From NCBI GenBank assembly GCA_950097015.1, contig CATNEN010000003.1, positions 6,262,001 to 6,326,000 of the forward strand: a DNA stretch of 64,000 bases, written 5' to 3'. Below are positions 46,301 through 58,377 of the stretch, piece after piece (position 1 is the stretch's first letter; each line of letters begins with the position of its first letter). The notes below the pieces were generated by a model, which ran no database searches, had not been told where the DNA came from, and saw nothing but the letters and a program-made list of their open reading frames with translations. Origin of the DNA: Macrostomum hystrix (Eukaryota; Animalia; Platyhelminthes). Made by a program: the position numbers and the translations under genes.

Positions 46301-49300
46301 ACCCAATCTCTAACTGACCTATTCTCTAACTGACCTATTCTCTAACTGACCCAATCTCTAACTGACCCAATCTCTAACTGACCCATTCTCTAACTGACCT
46401 ATTCTTTATTCTTTTTTTTGTCTATCTAAAAAATTCATTTCAAACTTATCTTATTTTAATGCAACGTTTTGAAGGGTTGCCATATAAACTTCGATCTAAC
46501 CTCTCACCTCACTAAACCAAGGTACACACCTGTTGGGGTGTTCTCGTTACTGATAAAAACTACATTGGAAATTGAGAAATGGAGCAAGAAACCATCTGCT
46601 AAAGAGATATTTGAACAACTCGGCTACGTCTTGCTGACTCTTTTAACTGGCTTTCTATTGCAAACCTGCCTTCAGGCAATGTCCTACCTGGTTCTGGCTA
46701 ACAGGAATCCGATCAAAATTTTTCTGGGCTCCTTCCAGGCTTGTGTGACGGCTTTTGGCACCGCATCGTCAGCTGTCACCCTGCCGATCACTCTCCGTTG
46801 CATGGAGGACAACCTGGGCATTGATAAGAGAATCACTAAAATTGTGGTGCCGATTGGTACAGCAGTAAACTTGAACGCAGCTGCAATGTTCATTGCTGCG
46901 GCTGGGGTTTTCGCTGCACAGCTTTTTGACATCAGACTTACCCCTGATCGGATAATAACCGCCAGGTGAGAAGTACTGTGTCACCTGTTAGACCAGAGTG
47001 TCATCTGTTAGACCAGAGTGTCTCCTGCTAGACCAGAGTGTCACCTGCTAGATTGGAGTGTCATCTGTTAGACTGGAGTGTCACCTGTTAGACTAAAGTG
47101 TCACCTGTTAGACTGGAGTGTCACCTGTTAGACTAAAGTGTCACCTGTTAGACTGGAGTGTCACCTGTTAGACTGGAGTGTCACCTGCTAGACTGGAGTG
47201 TCACCTGCTAGACTGGAGTGTCACCTGTTAGACTGGAGTGTCACCTGTTAGACTAAAGTGTCACCTGTTAGACTGGAGTGTCACCTGTTAGACTGGAGTG
47301 TCACCTGTTAGACTAAAGTGTCACCTGCTAGACTGGAGTGTCACCTGTTAGACTGGAGTGTCATCTGCTAGACTGGAGTGTCACCTGTTAGACTGGAGTG
47401 TCACCTTCTAGACTGGAGTGTCACCTGTTAGACTAAAGTGTCACCTGTTAGACTGGAGTGTCACCTGTTAGACTGGAGTGTCACCTGCTAGACTGGAGTG
47501 TCACCTGTTAGACTGGAGTGTCACGTGTTAGACTGGAGTGTCACCTGCTAGACTGGAGTGTCACCTGCTAGACTGGAGTGTCATCTGCTAGACTGGAGTG
47601 TCACCTGTTAGACTGGAGTGTCACCTTCTAGACTGGAGTGTCACCTGTTAGACTAAAGTGTCACCTGTTAGACTGGAGTGTCACCTGTTAGACTGGAGTG
47701 TCACCTGCTAGACTGGAGTGTCACCTGTTAGACTGGAGTGTCACGTGTTAGACTGGAGTGTCACCTGCTAGACTGGAGTGTCACCTGCTAGACTGGAGTG
47801 TCACCTGCTAGACTGGAGTGTCACCTGCTAGACTGGAGTGTCACCTGTTAGACTAAAGTGTCACCTGTTAGACTGGAGTGTCACCTGTTAGACTAAAGTG
47901 TCACCTGTTAGACTGAACACCTGTTAGTTGAGCTGACTGGATTACCACCTGTTAGACTGAAGTGACAATATCAATGCAAACATTGCAGACTCATCTCTTA
48001 CTCAGCTCAACCCAGCAAAATATCGCTATATCCATCCGCAGCTTTCTAGCAATGATGGCTTCTATTAGCACGCCTGGCGTACTTGGCGGCGTTCGATTAA
48101 CAATGTCAGTTGTGGCCTCTGCATTCGGCGTGAATTGTCCTAAAATTTGGATTTGGGTTGAGCTAGTTGACTGGCTAATGTGAGTGTCGCATTTCTTTTT
48201 AATTAAACTTTCTACGTAAGTAGCTGGTAGAAAGGCAGACGGGGCTTCCTGTGCTTCAACGCTGTAATATTAAAGAATAAGCTAAGAATATTAAATAATA
48301 AAGTTTGACCAGCCAGTGAAGTCATTAAGACAGCACGAGCATCATCCGCCCCACCTTTTGCTTTGAACTGAAACGTCAGACAGAAGTCGCTCTTCAGACA
48401 ATGCACGCTAACCAGAGACGACCAACCGTTGTATGTAGACGTCAGTGTTTGACCATGCAGGACCGAGAATAGTTTCATTATGATTTTCCTGAAAGGGAAT
48501 TCTTCCTTTTTTCCGCTTTCTACAGTTTTGCTTTGTAGAAAACTGGTGTTTAAGGATCTTTCGTTTTTTATGTTCAGAAGAAATGAAGCGAAAAGAAGTG
48601 ATATCCTTTGTAGTACCAGTTACAGTATCCTTTATCTTTTAAGCTGCAGTGACAACACTTCCAACTGACTTAATATTGTATTTGTTTTCGCTTATAACCT
48701 TCAAGATCTTAGCACCCTGTGACCCTGTGCGATTATATCAGCAATGCCGTGGCCAGAACATTCTTTCCTTGGATTGTGACAGCTGCTGCGAAGAGCCCGG
48801 ACCCACGTCTCATAAGATGGAGTTCCTCCTTATCGTAGTACCCCTAAGTACCCTAGCTCTAACGCATAGACAATCTATGCAATGTGGCATTTATTTTCTA
48901 ACTCGTGGATCTCAGCGAATCTGAATGGATAAAGTCTCTGTCTAAATGGTAGGTATCTGTCTTGCAGTGTTAGTAACAAGCGGTCACTACAATCGCGTAC
49001 CTCAAAAGCTGACTTAGGAGTAAATTATACCGTGTCTACACAAATTATAACCCCCAAAATTGCAGAGATAGATGCGGCACAGTCGTCAATCTCATGGGCG
49101 ATGTCTTTTGTGCGGCAACTTTGCAGCACATTTGCAAATTCGAAGAAGATGGCCCCTCGGTGATTCCCAACAGCGACATGGCTGAGGAGCTTAAAGAAAT
49201 TGACGAGGGTAAGTTAACAAAAAATAGTACTTTTTCAATAAGAGTATGCTTTCATGTAACCCCAGCTATTACCTTTTCAGATCCCGCTGGTGAATCACCA

Positions 49301-49318
49301 CGTGAAAATGATATTTAG
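43335..49318 (+). CDS. SLC1/EAAT-family (dicarboxylate/amino acid:cation symporter) protein, divergent; exons 43335-43761, 44379-44601, 45127-45257, 45334-45460, 46522-46966, 48042-48179, 49066-49208, 49281-49318
   Basis: IGLPGELLSNMLNLMVFPLLFSSLVSG, IIQPG, GINLM, WYTPVG, AFGTASSAVTLP (HP1), DKRITKIVVPIG, VDWL.DR.GT.VN..GD (TM8). GT-AG phases are consistent. Confidence 0.9.
43945..44296. repeat. Intronic minisatellite, 65-bp unit
   Basis: About 5 copies of ..CAGGGGTTGTTGCAGCCAATTATAAATGAGCAGGGTTGGAGGTAAGAGAAGACACTCCCTGAGGA. Confidence 0.95.
44700..45040. repeat. Intronic minisatellite, 40-bp unit
   Basis: GCAATCCAAATCCCTTGACACCTCTGCATGGAGTGGATTA x~8. Confidence 0.95.
45495..46405. repeat. 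Intronic minisatellite, 16-bp unit
   Basis: TCTCTAACTGACCCA(A/T) tandem array. Confidence 0.95.
46978..47960. repeat. Intronic minisatellite, 20-bp unit
   Basis: TCACCTGTTAGACTGGAGTG tandem array. Confidence 0.95.
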
Positions 49319-50204
49319 AGACACCAAAACAGAGATAATACTGTGGTTTTTGCGAAACTGTCTGTAGTTTTTAATACGTATATTTGCCGCTTTCTTTTAA
49401 TTCTCGATGAAATACACAAATTGCTCGAGCACAAAGCATTCTCGACACTTTTTCTTGCTTGTCGTGAATATTCTTATCATAATGACAATTATCAATAGTT
49501 GCATTCAATTTTCAAGAAAAAACTAAATGCCTATTATGTATTATATGTCCCAAACGTGACGACACCAAAAATTGAAGTCAAAAAGGTAGCATATTTGCGC
49601 AACACTCTACCTGCAATTTAAATGAGGAGCATTAAAGCTCACGGACTATAAAGATATTTACATGATTTTATTTGAAAATTACAGCGTTTTAATTTAGTAA
49701 TTTTACTAGGACAGACGATTAGCAAACTTCGTTTAAAATTTACGTGATTTAGTTACGTAAATTTTTAACAAAAGCACTGCGCGTAAAATCAAATAGTGGA
49801 ATGTTCATGACGATAATATGCATTAAAAAACTTAGAAAACTAATTTCATACTGTTTAAAAGTGGTAAATAAAAATTCATATTGCTTTTGCCACTAACAAG
49901 AGTTATTGAGCTCGCGTGTCGTGGTTTCTAAAAAGCTACGAAAACAATGAAGGGCAACTGCAGTCACATGAGCGTACAGTTCTGCTTTTCAGAGCTAGAA
50001 CAGCTCTTTTAAAATATATTTAAAACAAATGTGGCTTAGAATCTTTTTTAAGCCTGTTTCATAACAAGATGTTTTCAAATAAATAAATAATGTAGCACTT
50101 CTGGTTGGGTGGTGGCTGTTCGGCTATGTAAACATCTTCCTGCTTTTTTTCAACCTAATTATACAGCCTGCAGATATTTAAGTAGCAGACTTTTATTACC
50201 AAAA

Positions 50205-51172
50205 TTAATTGGCTGAAAATGATGTTTCAATCTCTTTCTGCTTGTCTAGCAGGCCCTGGCGAATTGTTGACAGCTGTAGCATGATGGCGTCCTGTCGCGA
50301 AGTCGGCGAGTCCTTCACCAGTCCCGGATGAAATATGGGGTCCTGGGAAGCAATTGATGAGGAATTTGATTAGAGCAAAGTAGATAATCAAATATGACTT
50401 CATAAGACGAGCTTAGCAACCTTCAAGGATTGCAGTAGTAAACATATTTTCTCAGCACACTATTTGTTTCACAAGTCCACTGGACATAGCCTCGAACTCC
50501 TAAGCCGAGGGGTTTGAAGTTCGAGTCTGGGCCCAGAGTAAATAGTTTTAATGCAAGAAACTCGATATATTCCCTATAGTGAAATTTTAGCCTTTTCCGT
50601 GCCTCATTGTGGACACAATCAGCGGTTTTAGAGTAGAAATTTTTTTGCGTCGTATTCACATTGCATATTTTTCTCGGCTGACGGCCTTATGAAATCTGTA
50701 CAGGGTTTGTAGAGTGTATTAAAATCGTACAGCATGCTCAACGAGCTACTTAAAGTAATAGTTCAGGGAAATCGAAGTTACAGCTGTTAATCTTTTTTTA
50801 GGAATGAGTCATCATTGCACATGCTATTTTTAGAAACAATGTCATGTGACCTGGTAAAATGCTCACCCCAAAACCCTGCTCTGCAAACACCACTGATCCC
50901 ATTGACCCCATTGGCTCACCTTGCCACCCTAGGTGGGTCGTCCAACCCCCACCCTTGGTGGGCGGCACACCTGGATGCTTAGCAACCAGCACAGCTGGCG
51001 CCATTTCGTATTCATAATTTTCGATAGCAACGCCATGGTGAGACGGATTCAGGCCCCGAATGTAGGCACGGCGGGCCAGTTCGCGCGCGGTGGTCTCTCG
51101 GCTGATGGGCAGCGGTTTGCCCGCCGCGGCCGGGTTGAGAAACGCCGAGGTTCGGATCAGTCCGCCGTCTGT
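50205..51172 (-). other. Putative exons encoding a CCDC66-like C-terminus (partial gene or duplicated fragment)
   Basis: Terminal exon 50205-50342 after a good acceptor: DPIFHPGLVK..RQDAIMLQLSTIRQGLLDKQKEIE..*, which resembles my recollection of the CCDC66 C-terminal motif. GC-rich upstream open segment IRTSAFLNP..PLPISRETTARELARRAY. Splice phase between the two is unresolved. Confidence 0.45.
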
Positions 51173-51583
51173 CTGGCCGTATTATCTGCATGTCCTAAAG
51201 TGACGATCTTCTTTCTGACTGTTCTACTTCGTATATCTAGAGCCATGGCCATAGTTATTTGCTACCTTTTCAGCCTATAGGCTCTTTTGATCTCACAAGC
51301 ATAATTAGGCACAATTGTTAACATCGGCACGGATTTCTATTATCGCGAGTAGAGTTCAGTTAAACAAATTTAGCACCAATTTAAGTTTACTATTTAAACT
51401 GCAAGCCTGCAACAATACACGCATAAAAGTTATGACCATCACGATAACACGATGACTGACTGCAGACTGACCAGCTGATAAATTTCTTGGTTAATTGATG
51501 AACTTATTATTTGCAATATTCTATAAAACATTTCCATAGGCATAGACACCCCCTAACAGAACTGAACTCTATTTCGGTTACAG

Positions 51584-52871
51584 CAGGGGTAGGCAAACTT
51601 ATTTGCTGGCGGGCCAAAGAGAGAACCTAAAAGACGACAGCGGGCCGCATTAACTGTATAAATATGAGATAGGGGAGAGATGAGATTAGACACGGGAGAG
51701 ATTAGACACGGGAGAGATAAGACATGGGAGAAATTAGACACGGGAGAGATTAGACACGGGAGAGATTAGACACGGGAGAGATTAGACACGGGAGAGATTA
51801 GACACGGGAGAGATTAGACACGGGAGAGATTAGACACGGGAGAGATTAGACACGGGAGAGATTAGACACGGGAGAGATTAGACACGGGAGAGATGAGACA
51901 CGGGAGAGATTAGACACGGGAGAGATTAGACACGGGAGAGATTAGACACGGGAGAAATTAGACACGGGAGAGATTAGACACGGGAGAGATTAGACTCGGG
52001 AGAGATTAGACACGGGAGAGATTAGACACGGGAGAGATTAGACACGGGAGAGATTAGACACGGGAGAGATTAGACACGGGAGAGATTAGACACGGGAGAG
52101 ATTAGACACGGGAGAGGTTAGAAACGGGAGAAATTAGACACGGGAGAGATTAGACACGGGAGAGATTAGACACGGGAGAGATTAGACACGGGAGAGATTA
52201 GACACGGGAGAGATTAGACACGGGAGAGATTAGACACGGGAAAGATGAGACACGGGAGAGATTAGACACGGGAGAGATTAGACACGGGAGAGATTAGACA
52301 CGGGAGAAATTAGACACGGGAGAGATTAGACACGGGAGAGATTAGACTCGGGAGAGATTAGACACGGGAGAGATTAGACACGGGAGAGATTAGACACGGG
52401 AGAGATTAGACACGGGAGAGATTAGACACGGGAGAGATTAGACACGGGAGAGATTAGACACGGGAGAGGTTAGAAACGGGAGAAATTAGACACGGGAGAG
52501 ATTAGACACGGGAGAGATTAGACACGGGAGAGATTAGATACGAGAGCGATGAGACACGAGAGAGATTAGACACGGGAGAGATTAGACACGGGAGAGATTA
52601 GACACGGGAGAGATTAGACACGGGAGAGGTTAGAAACGGGAGAAATTAGACACGGGAGAGATTAGACACGGGAGAGATTAGACACGGGAGAGATTAGATA
52701 CGAGAGCGATGAGACACGAGAGAGATTAGACACGGGAGAGATTAGACACGGGAGAGATTAGACACGGGAGAGATGAAACAGGACTCTGTAGATGTCAGAA
52801 GGGGCAACGGGCCGGATTTGGGAGCTTCGAGGGCCGCATCTGGCCCGCGGGCCGGAGTTTGCCGACCCCTG
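51584..52871. mobile_element. Non-autonomous hAT element carrying a 16-bp satellite
   Basis: TIR CAGGGGT(A/C)GGCAAAC; exact 8-bp TSD GGTTACAG (51576-51583 and 52872-52879); GGGCC subterminal motifs; internal ~1.1-kb GAGAGATTAGACACGG array. Confidence 0.9.
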
Positions 52872-53233
52872 GGTTACAGCATGCACATGCACACAATTAT
52901 ACCATGCAACGCTAACCTCATGTCTGATTTCTCATCTCGAGCCTTCTCGCATTCGCAAATGATTCGCAAACACAAAACAGGTTTGATCTTAAAAGCAATT
53001 TCTAGATGATTAAACTAGTGACTAACATTATTGACATTTGAACGGTTTGTGTAGTTTCCAGTTTCCTAAATGGTTTTGGAAAGAAGCCATCTTGACTATT
53101 GCAAATCTAAAATGTGCGTAAAGTAATTAGTTTTAAAGCGAAGACGAGAAAAGCTGTCAGATAATAGATATAGGGAGAGTTGATTTCTCAGGCGTGAGAA
53201 AGATACAGGGCATTTTTGTCCCAGTTGACACTG

Positions 53234-54956
53234 TCAATCACTAGTGAATGGCTTATCAAAGGCCTTAAAGTAAATAGCTTCGACCTCCTCGTGAATTCTC
53301 GCGTAGACCTCCGTGCTGGCCAGACTGTCTCTCCTCTTAGCCAGCCAACGCAGTGTTAGGTCGCACTTTTCCATCACCGGTCGTCGCTTCTCTACATCAG
53401 GACAGATCTCGGCGAGGCGACTTTTCATTGACTGCAAAATTTCAATAACATTTTACTTATTTTCAACAGAAAATATTTTTATGTTCGACTTACATTACTG
53501 AGAGTAGCTACAAATGCATATATTTTATAACTGTAAAAAGGTGTATCTGTTACATTTTGAATGCGCGTGTCAGGGAAAAAATTTAGCTGTTAGACAGGAA
53601 CATCACCTGTTAGACATTAACATCACCTGTTGGACATAACATCACCTGTTAGACATAAACATCACCTGTTAGACATTAACATCACCTGTTGGACATAACA
53701 TCACCTGTTAGACATAAACATCACCTGTTAGACATAAACATCACCTGCTAGACATAAAAAACACTTGTTGGACATAAACATCACCTGTTAGACATTAAGA
53801 TCACCTGTTAGACATAAACATCACCTGTTAGACATAAACAACACTTGTTAGACATAAAAATCACCTGTTAGACATAAAAATCACCTGTTAGACATAAACA
53901 ACACCTGTTAGACATAAAAATCACCTGTTAGACATAAACATCACCTGTTAGACATAAACAACACTTGTTAGACATAAACATCACCTGTTAGATATAAACA
54001 TCACCTGATAGACATAAACATCACCTGTTAGACATAAACATCACCTGATAGACATAAACATCACCTGTTAGACATAAACAACACTTGTTAGACATAAAAA
54101 TCACCTGTTAGACATAAACATCACCTGTTAGACATAAACAACACTTGTTAGACATAAACATCACCTGTTAGATATAAACATCACCTGATAGACATAAACA
54201 TCACCTGTTAGACATAAACATCACCTGATAGACATAAACATCACCTGATAGACATAAACATCACCTGATAGACATAAACATCACCTGATAGACATAAACA
54301 TCACCTGATAGACATAAACATCACCTGTTAGACATAAACATCACCTGTTGGACATAAACATCACCTGTTAGACATAAACATCACCTGTTAGACATAAACA
54401 ACACTTGTTAGACATAAACATCACCTGTTAGACATAAACATCACCTGTTGGACATAAACATCACCTGTTAGACATAAACATCACTTGTTAGACATAAACA
54501 TCACCTGTTAGACATAAACATCACCTGTTAGACATAAACAACTCTTGTTGGACATAAACATCACCTGTTAGACATTAAGATCACCTGTTAGACATAAACA
54601 TCACCTGTTAGACATAAGGATCACCTGTTACAGGTACAAACAAAACTCACCAGGATTCTATTCACCAAACTTTCATGAGCTTTTAGTCTCAACTCAGCAT
54701 TCAGCTGAAGCTTTTGCAATTCCACCAGCTGGCGAAATTGTTGCAGGCAATTTAAAGGATTCCAGCCCGCGGCTTGCCTGTACCGCCTGAACAGTCTTTG
54801 TTTCCACGTGTTCTCCACATAGAGATCATCGTAGGCTGATTCGTTAGCGAAAGCGTGATCACCGAGCAGGGACAATTGAACTCTTAACTCACCTAAAGAC
54901 GGCAAGGCATTTTCCGAGCCTTCATAACAAAAGTCTCCTCCAAAATGGTCAGTCAT
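53234..54956 (-). CDS. Uncharacterised ~167-aa helical protein (exons 54651-54956 and 53234-53431)
   Basis: ATG preceded by an in-frame stop; CTG|GTGAGT donor and TTTTGCAG| acceptor, both phase 0, join two non-repetitive ORFs. No family recognised. Confidence 0.6.
53585..54632. repeat. Intronic minisatellite, 20-bp unit
   Basis: TCACCTGTTAGACATAAACA tandem array. Confidence 0.95.
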
Positions 54957-55299
54957 AATTTTGCAGTGAAATTCTTATCTAACTGAAAGATTTCAAAGTT
55001 TTCGAAATGCTTTCTTTATTTATCATTGAGGCATAGATAATTATAAATTTTGCTGATTTGTTTTGAAGTTCGGCCATAGACTATTACTTGACTGTCACTC
55101 GTTACGAATGTAGCATCAAGGGCTGCAACTGATTGCAAATTTCCTGTGATATTCAGAAGTCCATATTGAAGCATTAAACCGAAAAACTCCTAAATTCATT
55201 ATTTTCTTACTTTTAAATGACCGATTCTACAGCGTAAACTCCTCACTCTTTCAAAAAATCCCATTTTTCGGAAATCCCTCGAAAAAAGGGTATCAGATT

Positions 55300-56035
55300 T
55301 CAGATATCCCAATCTCTCTCAAATCCCAACCTCTCTTCAATCCCAATCCTTCTCAAATCCCAATCCTTCTCAAATACAAATTTTTCTCAAATCCCAATCT
55401 TTCTCCAATCCCAATCTTTCTGAAATCCCAATCTTTCTGAAATCCCAATCTTTCTCAAATCCCAATCTTTCTCAAATCCCAATCTTTCTCAATTCCCAAT
55501 CTTTCTCAAATCCCAATCTTTCTCAAATACCAATTTTTCTCCAATCCCAATCCTTTTCAAATATCAATTTTCCTCAAATCCTAGCCTCTCTTAAATCCCA
55601 ATCTGTCTCAAATACGAATTTTTCTCCAATCCCGATCTTTCTCCAATCTCAATCTTTCTCAAATCCCAATCCTTCTCAAATCCCAATCTTTCTCAAATCC
55701 CAATCTTTCTCAAATCCCAATCTTTCTCAAATCCCAATCTTTCTCAAATCCCAATCTGTCTCAAATACGAATTTTTCTCCAATCCCGATCTTTCTCCAAT
55801 CTCAATCTTTCTCAAATCCCAATCCTTCTCAAATCCCAATCCTTCTCAAATCCCAATCTTTCTCAAATCCCAAGCTTTCTCAAATCCCAATCTGTCTCAA
55901 ATACGAATTTTTCTCCAATCCCGATCTTTCTCCAATCTCAATCTTTCTCAAATCCCAATCCTTCTCAAATCCCAATCTTTCTCAAATCCCAATCCTTCTC
56001 AAATCCCAATCTTTCTCAAATCCCAAGCTTTCTCA
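55300..56035. repeat. Minisatellite, 17-bp unit
   Basis: AAATCCCAATCTTTCTC tandem array. Confidence 0.93.
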
Positions 56036-56794
56036 CCTGAAAAAAACAAGATAGTTATTTGTTTTCTCATATTATGGCAGATTTCGAAGACAAATTCTTC
56101 TGAAATAAGCCAAATCACTACGATTTCAATGCCCTTCTCTTTCGCGGAATTATGTTTAAGCTAGACAATTTAAAGCTCGCATTAATTTAGAATCAACAAC
56201 TTTTGTTCTCACGATGTGACAATCAAAAATGCACACCAGGTTTGGTTTGATTTTAATAAAATAAAGGCACAATTTTAGCATACTTATGCCGTGAACTGTG
56301 AGACTATTCCCTACATCAGCGTTCGGCTATGCGGGCAGAGCAGACATCAAAAAGCCCGCTAATCTTTTCATTTGATGCTTCAAAGATTCGGCATCAAAGA
56401 TAAGTGTCCATTGAGTATAATTATACTGTTTTTATTCATTTCGAATCATGCTTCGAGTAACTATGCAATACAATTGCATTGTATCTATATTAAACGGTTT
56501 GTCTCGTGAGAAAATTTCACGACATAATGCACAAGAGAGATAGTCATAAAACGACATATAGCTTTTGAAAAAGGCCAAAAAAGCAAATTGCTAGAACAGT
56601 CTATGGAGGTGCTGGCTAATTATGATGCAGACACGGTTCTAGGAATTTCAAACTAACGTTGAGATAACTTTGCTGAGCACGTTGAGGCCGCTATAAGGGC
56701 TTGCATACCGTAATAAAACATTGGTTCAAAATTCTAATAGATCTCTTCTCTGGGCACGGGTGCACAGGTACTAAAAATATTTCTTAGAAGTTGC

Positions 56795-57120
56795 CTTCCG
56801 AATTTCTAGTTTTTTTTCCGAAATTTTTGTTTCTTTTCCGAATTTCTTGTTTCGATTACGAATTTCTAGTTTTTTACCGAATTCCTAGTCCTTTTTCGAG
56901 GTTATAGTTTCAACTTCTTCCGAATTTCTAGTTTCGTATCCGAATTTCTAGTTTCTTATCCGAATTTCTAGTTTCTTATCCGAATTTCTAGTTTCTTTTC
57001 CGAATTTCTAGTTTATTTTCAGAATTTCTAGTTTCTTATCCGAATTTCTAGTTTCCTCACGAATTTCTAGCTTTTTTTCCGAATTTCTAGTTTCTTCCCG
57101 AATTTCCGAATTTGTTTCTT
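56795..57120. repeat. Minisatellite, ~20-bp unit
   Basis: CCGAATTTCTAGTTTCTTAT variants. Confidence 0.85.
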
Positions 57121-58081
57121 TCCTGACAAATATCCTGCGAAAGATCGGGATTTGAAAATTTCTTTTTCGAAGTTCTATTTCATTTTCCTCATGTCTAGTT
57201 TCTCCCCCAGCCAAATTTCTAGTCTCTTGTAAATTTATCGTTGGCGCAGTGTTCTTAAATCGTTAGTTTTAAAATAATTTTTGATCCATTTAGCCGCTAC
57301 AAAGCTTGGTTAACGATAGGCGCTGTCTTAAGACGCTCCGAATCATGAGAATAGTCTCACACACAATGAGAGCATCGTAAATTATCTTTTAGAAGATATA
57401 GAAAAATAAAAAACTTATTGGCCTTACCTGCAGTCTGATAAAATTATTATTATTATGGGATAATGAAAGAATGATCGGGCCAACGAATTTCCGTTTAAAA
57501 TTAGTCGCACCGCAAAACCCGTTCGGATTGGTTGGGCGGCCAGTTTCTGTTGGCAGACCTCCACCTCTCCCTCCCCGGGTGGCGCTCCCTCATCGCCGCC
57601 TTCCAGAATCCCCTCTCCTTCCTTCCTTCCTGCCCGCGACCCCCCTTCTACCACAACTTCTGCTAGACCCATCAGCCAATGACGCGCTATTCTCAGGCAA
57701 GGCAAGAATCGTGGCTTCTTGAAAATGATAAATTAGAGATTTTTTCTTTCCATCAGAAGTCGCTTATTTAAAGAAAGGAATCATAAAAAGGCTTGGCTAT
57801 ATTTGCTAATTTCCTCTTCTAGAAGATCAAGCTGAGCTGGAAGGTATCAAGCCGATTCAATAAGGTAGGAAGAATCATCATCATCAGCGGCCCAGAGATC
57901 GGAAGTAAATTCCGCGCCCATTGTCTGTTGAAAACTTCTGATTGGACCCCGAATTGAAAGACTGACTGCTTTTTTCAACAATCAGCGGTGTGACAATTCT
58001 AATTTGAAGGCTGCAAAATTGCCTCAATAATTGAAAGCATCATTGAGGAGTTAATTGAGTAGGCGACGACTCTGAGGAGGG

Positions 58082-58126
58082 TATTAAATTTGAAATATCC
58101 TCGAAGTGTCAACCCCACTGTCAGTT
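58082..58126 (+). promoter_or_regulatory. Putative Msx core promoter (TATA-like element and Inr)
   Basis: TATTAAA at 58082 and TCAGTT at ~58121, about 105 bp upstream of the ATG; ATTGG at ~57941. Confidence 0.3.
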
Positions 58127-58228
58127 TCTCTACTGATCGATGTCTATAAGTTAGAAGCTGCGTAAAATATAATCGAAAATATCAAATCTAAGACTCACTT
58201 TGCAATCAAGCTTTTAAGCGAAAACAAA

Positions 58229-58324
58229 ATGGAAGAGAAAATAGGTGAAAATTGTCCGAAACGATTTAAATCATTCGGCATTGACGATCTTCTGGCTTCG
58301 GAAGAGCAAGCAGCGCCACGGAAT

Positions 58325-58377
<53 letters not shown>

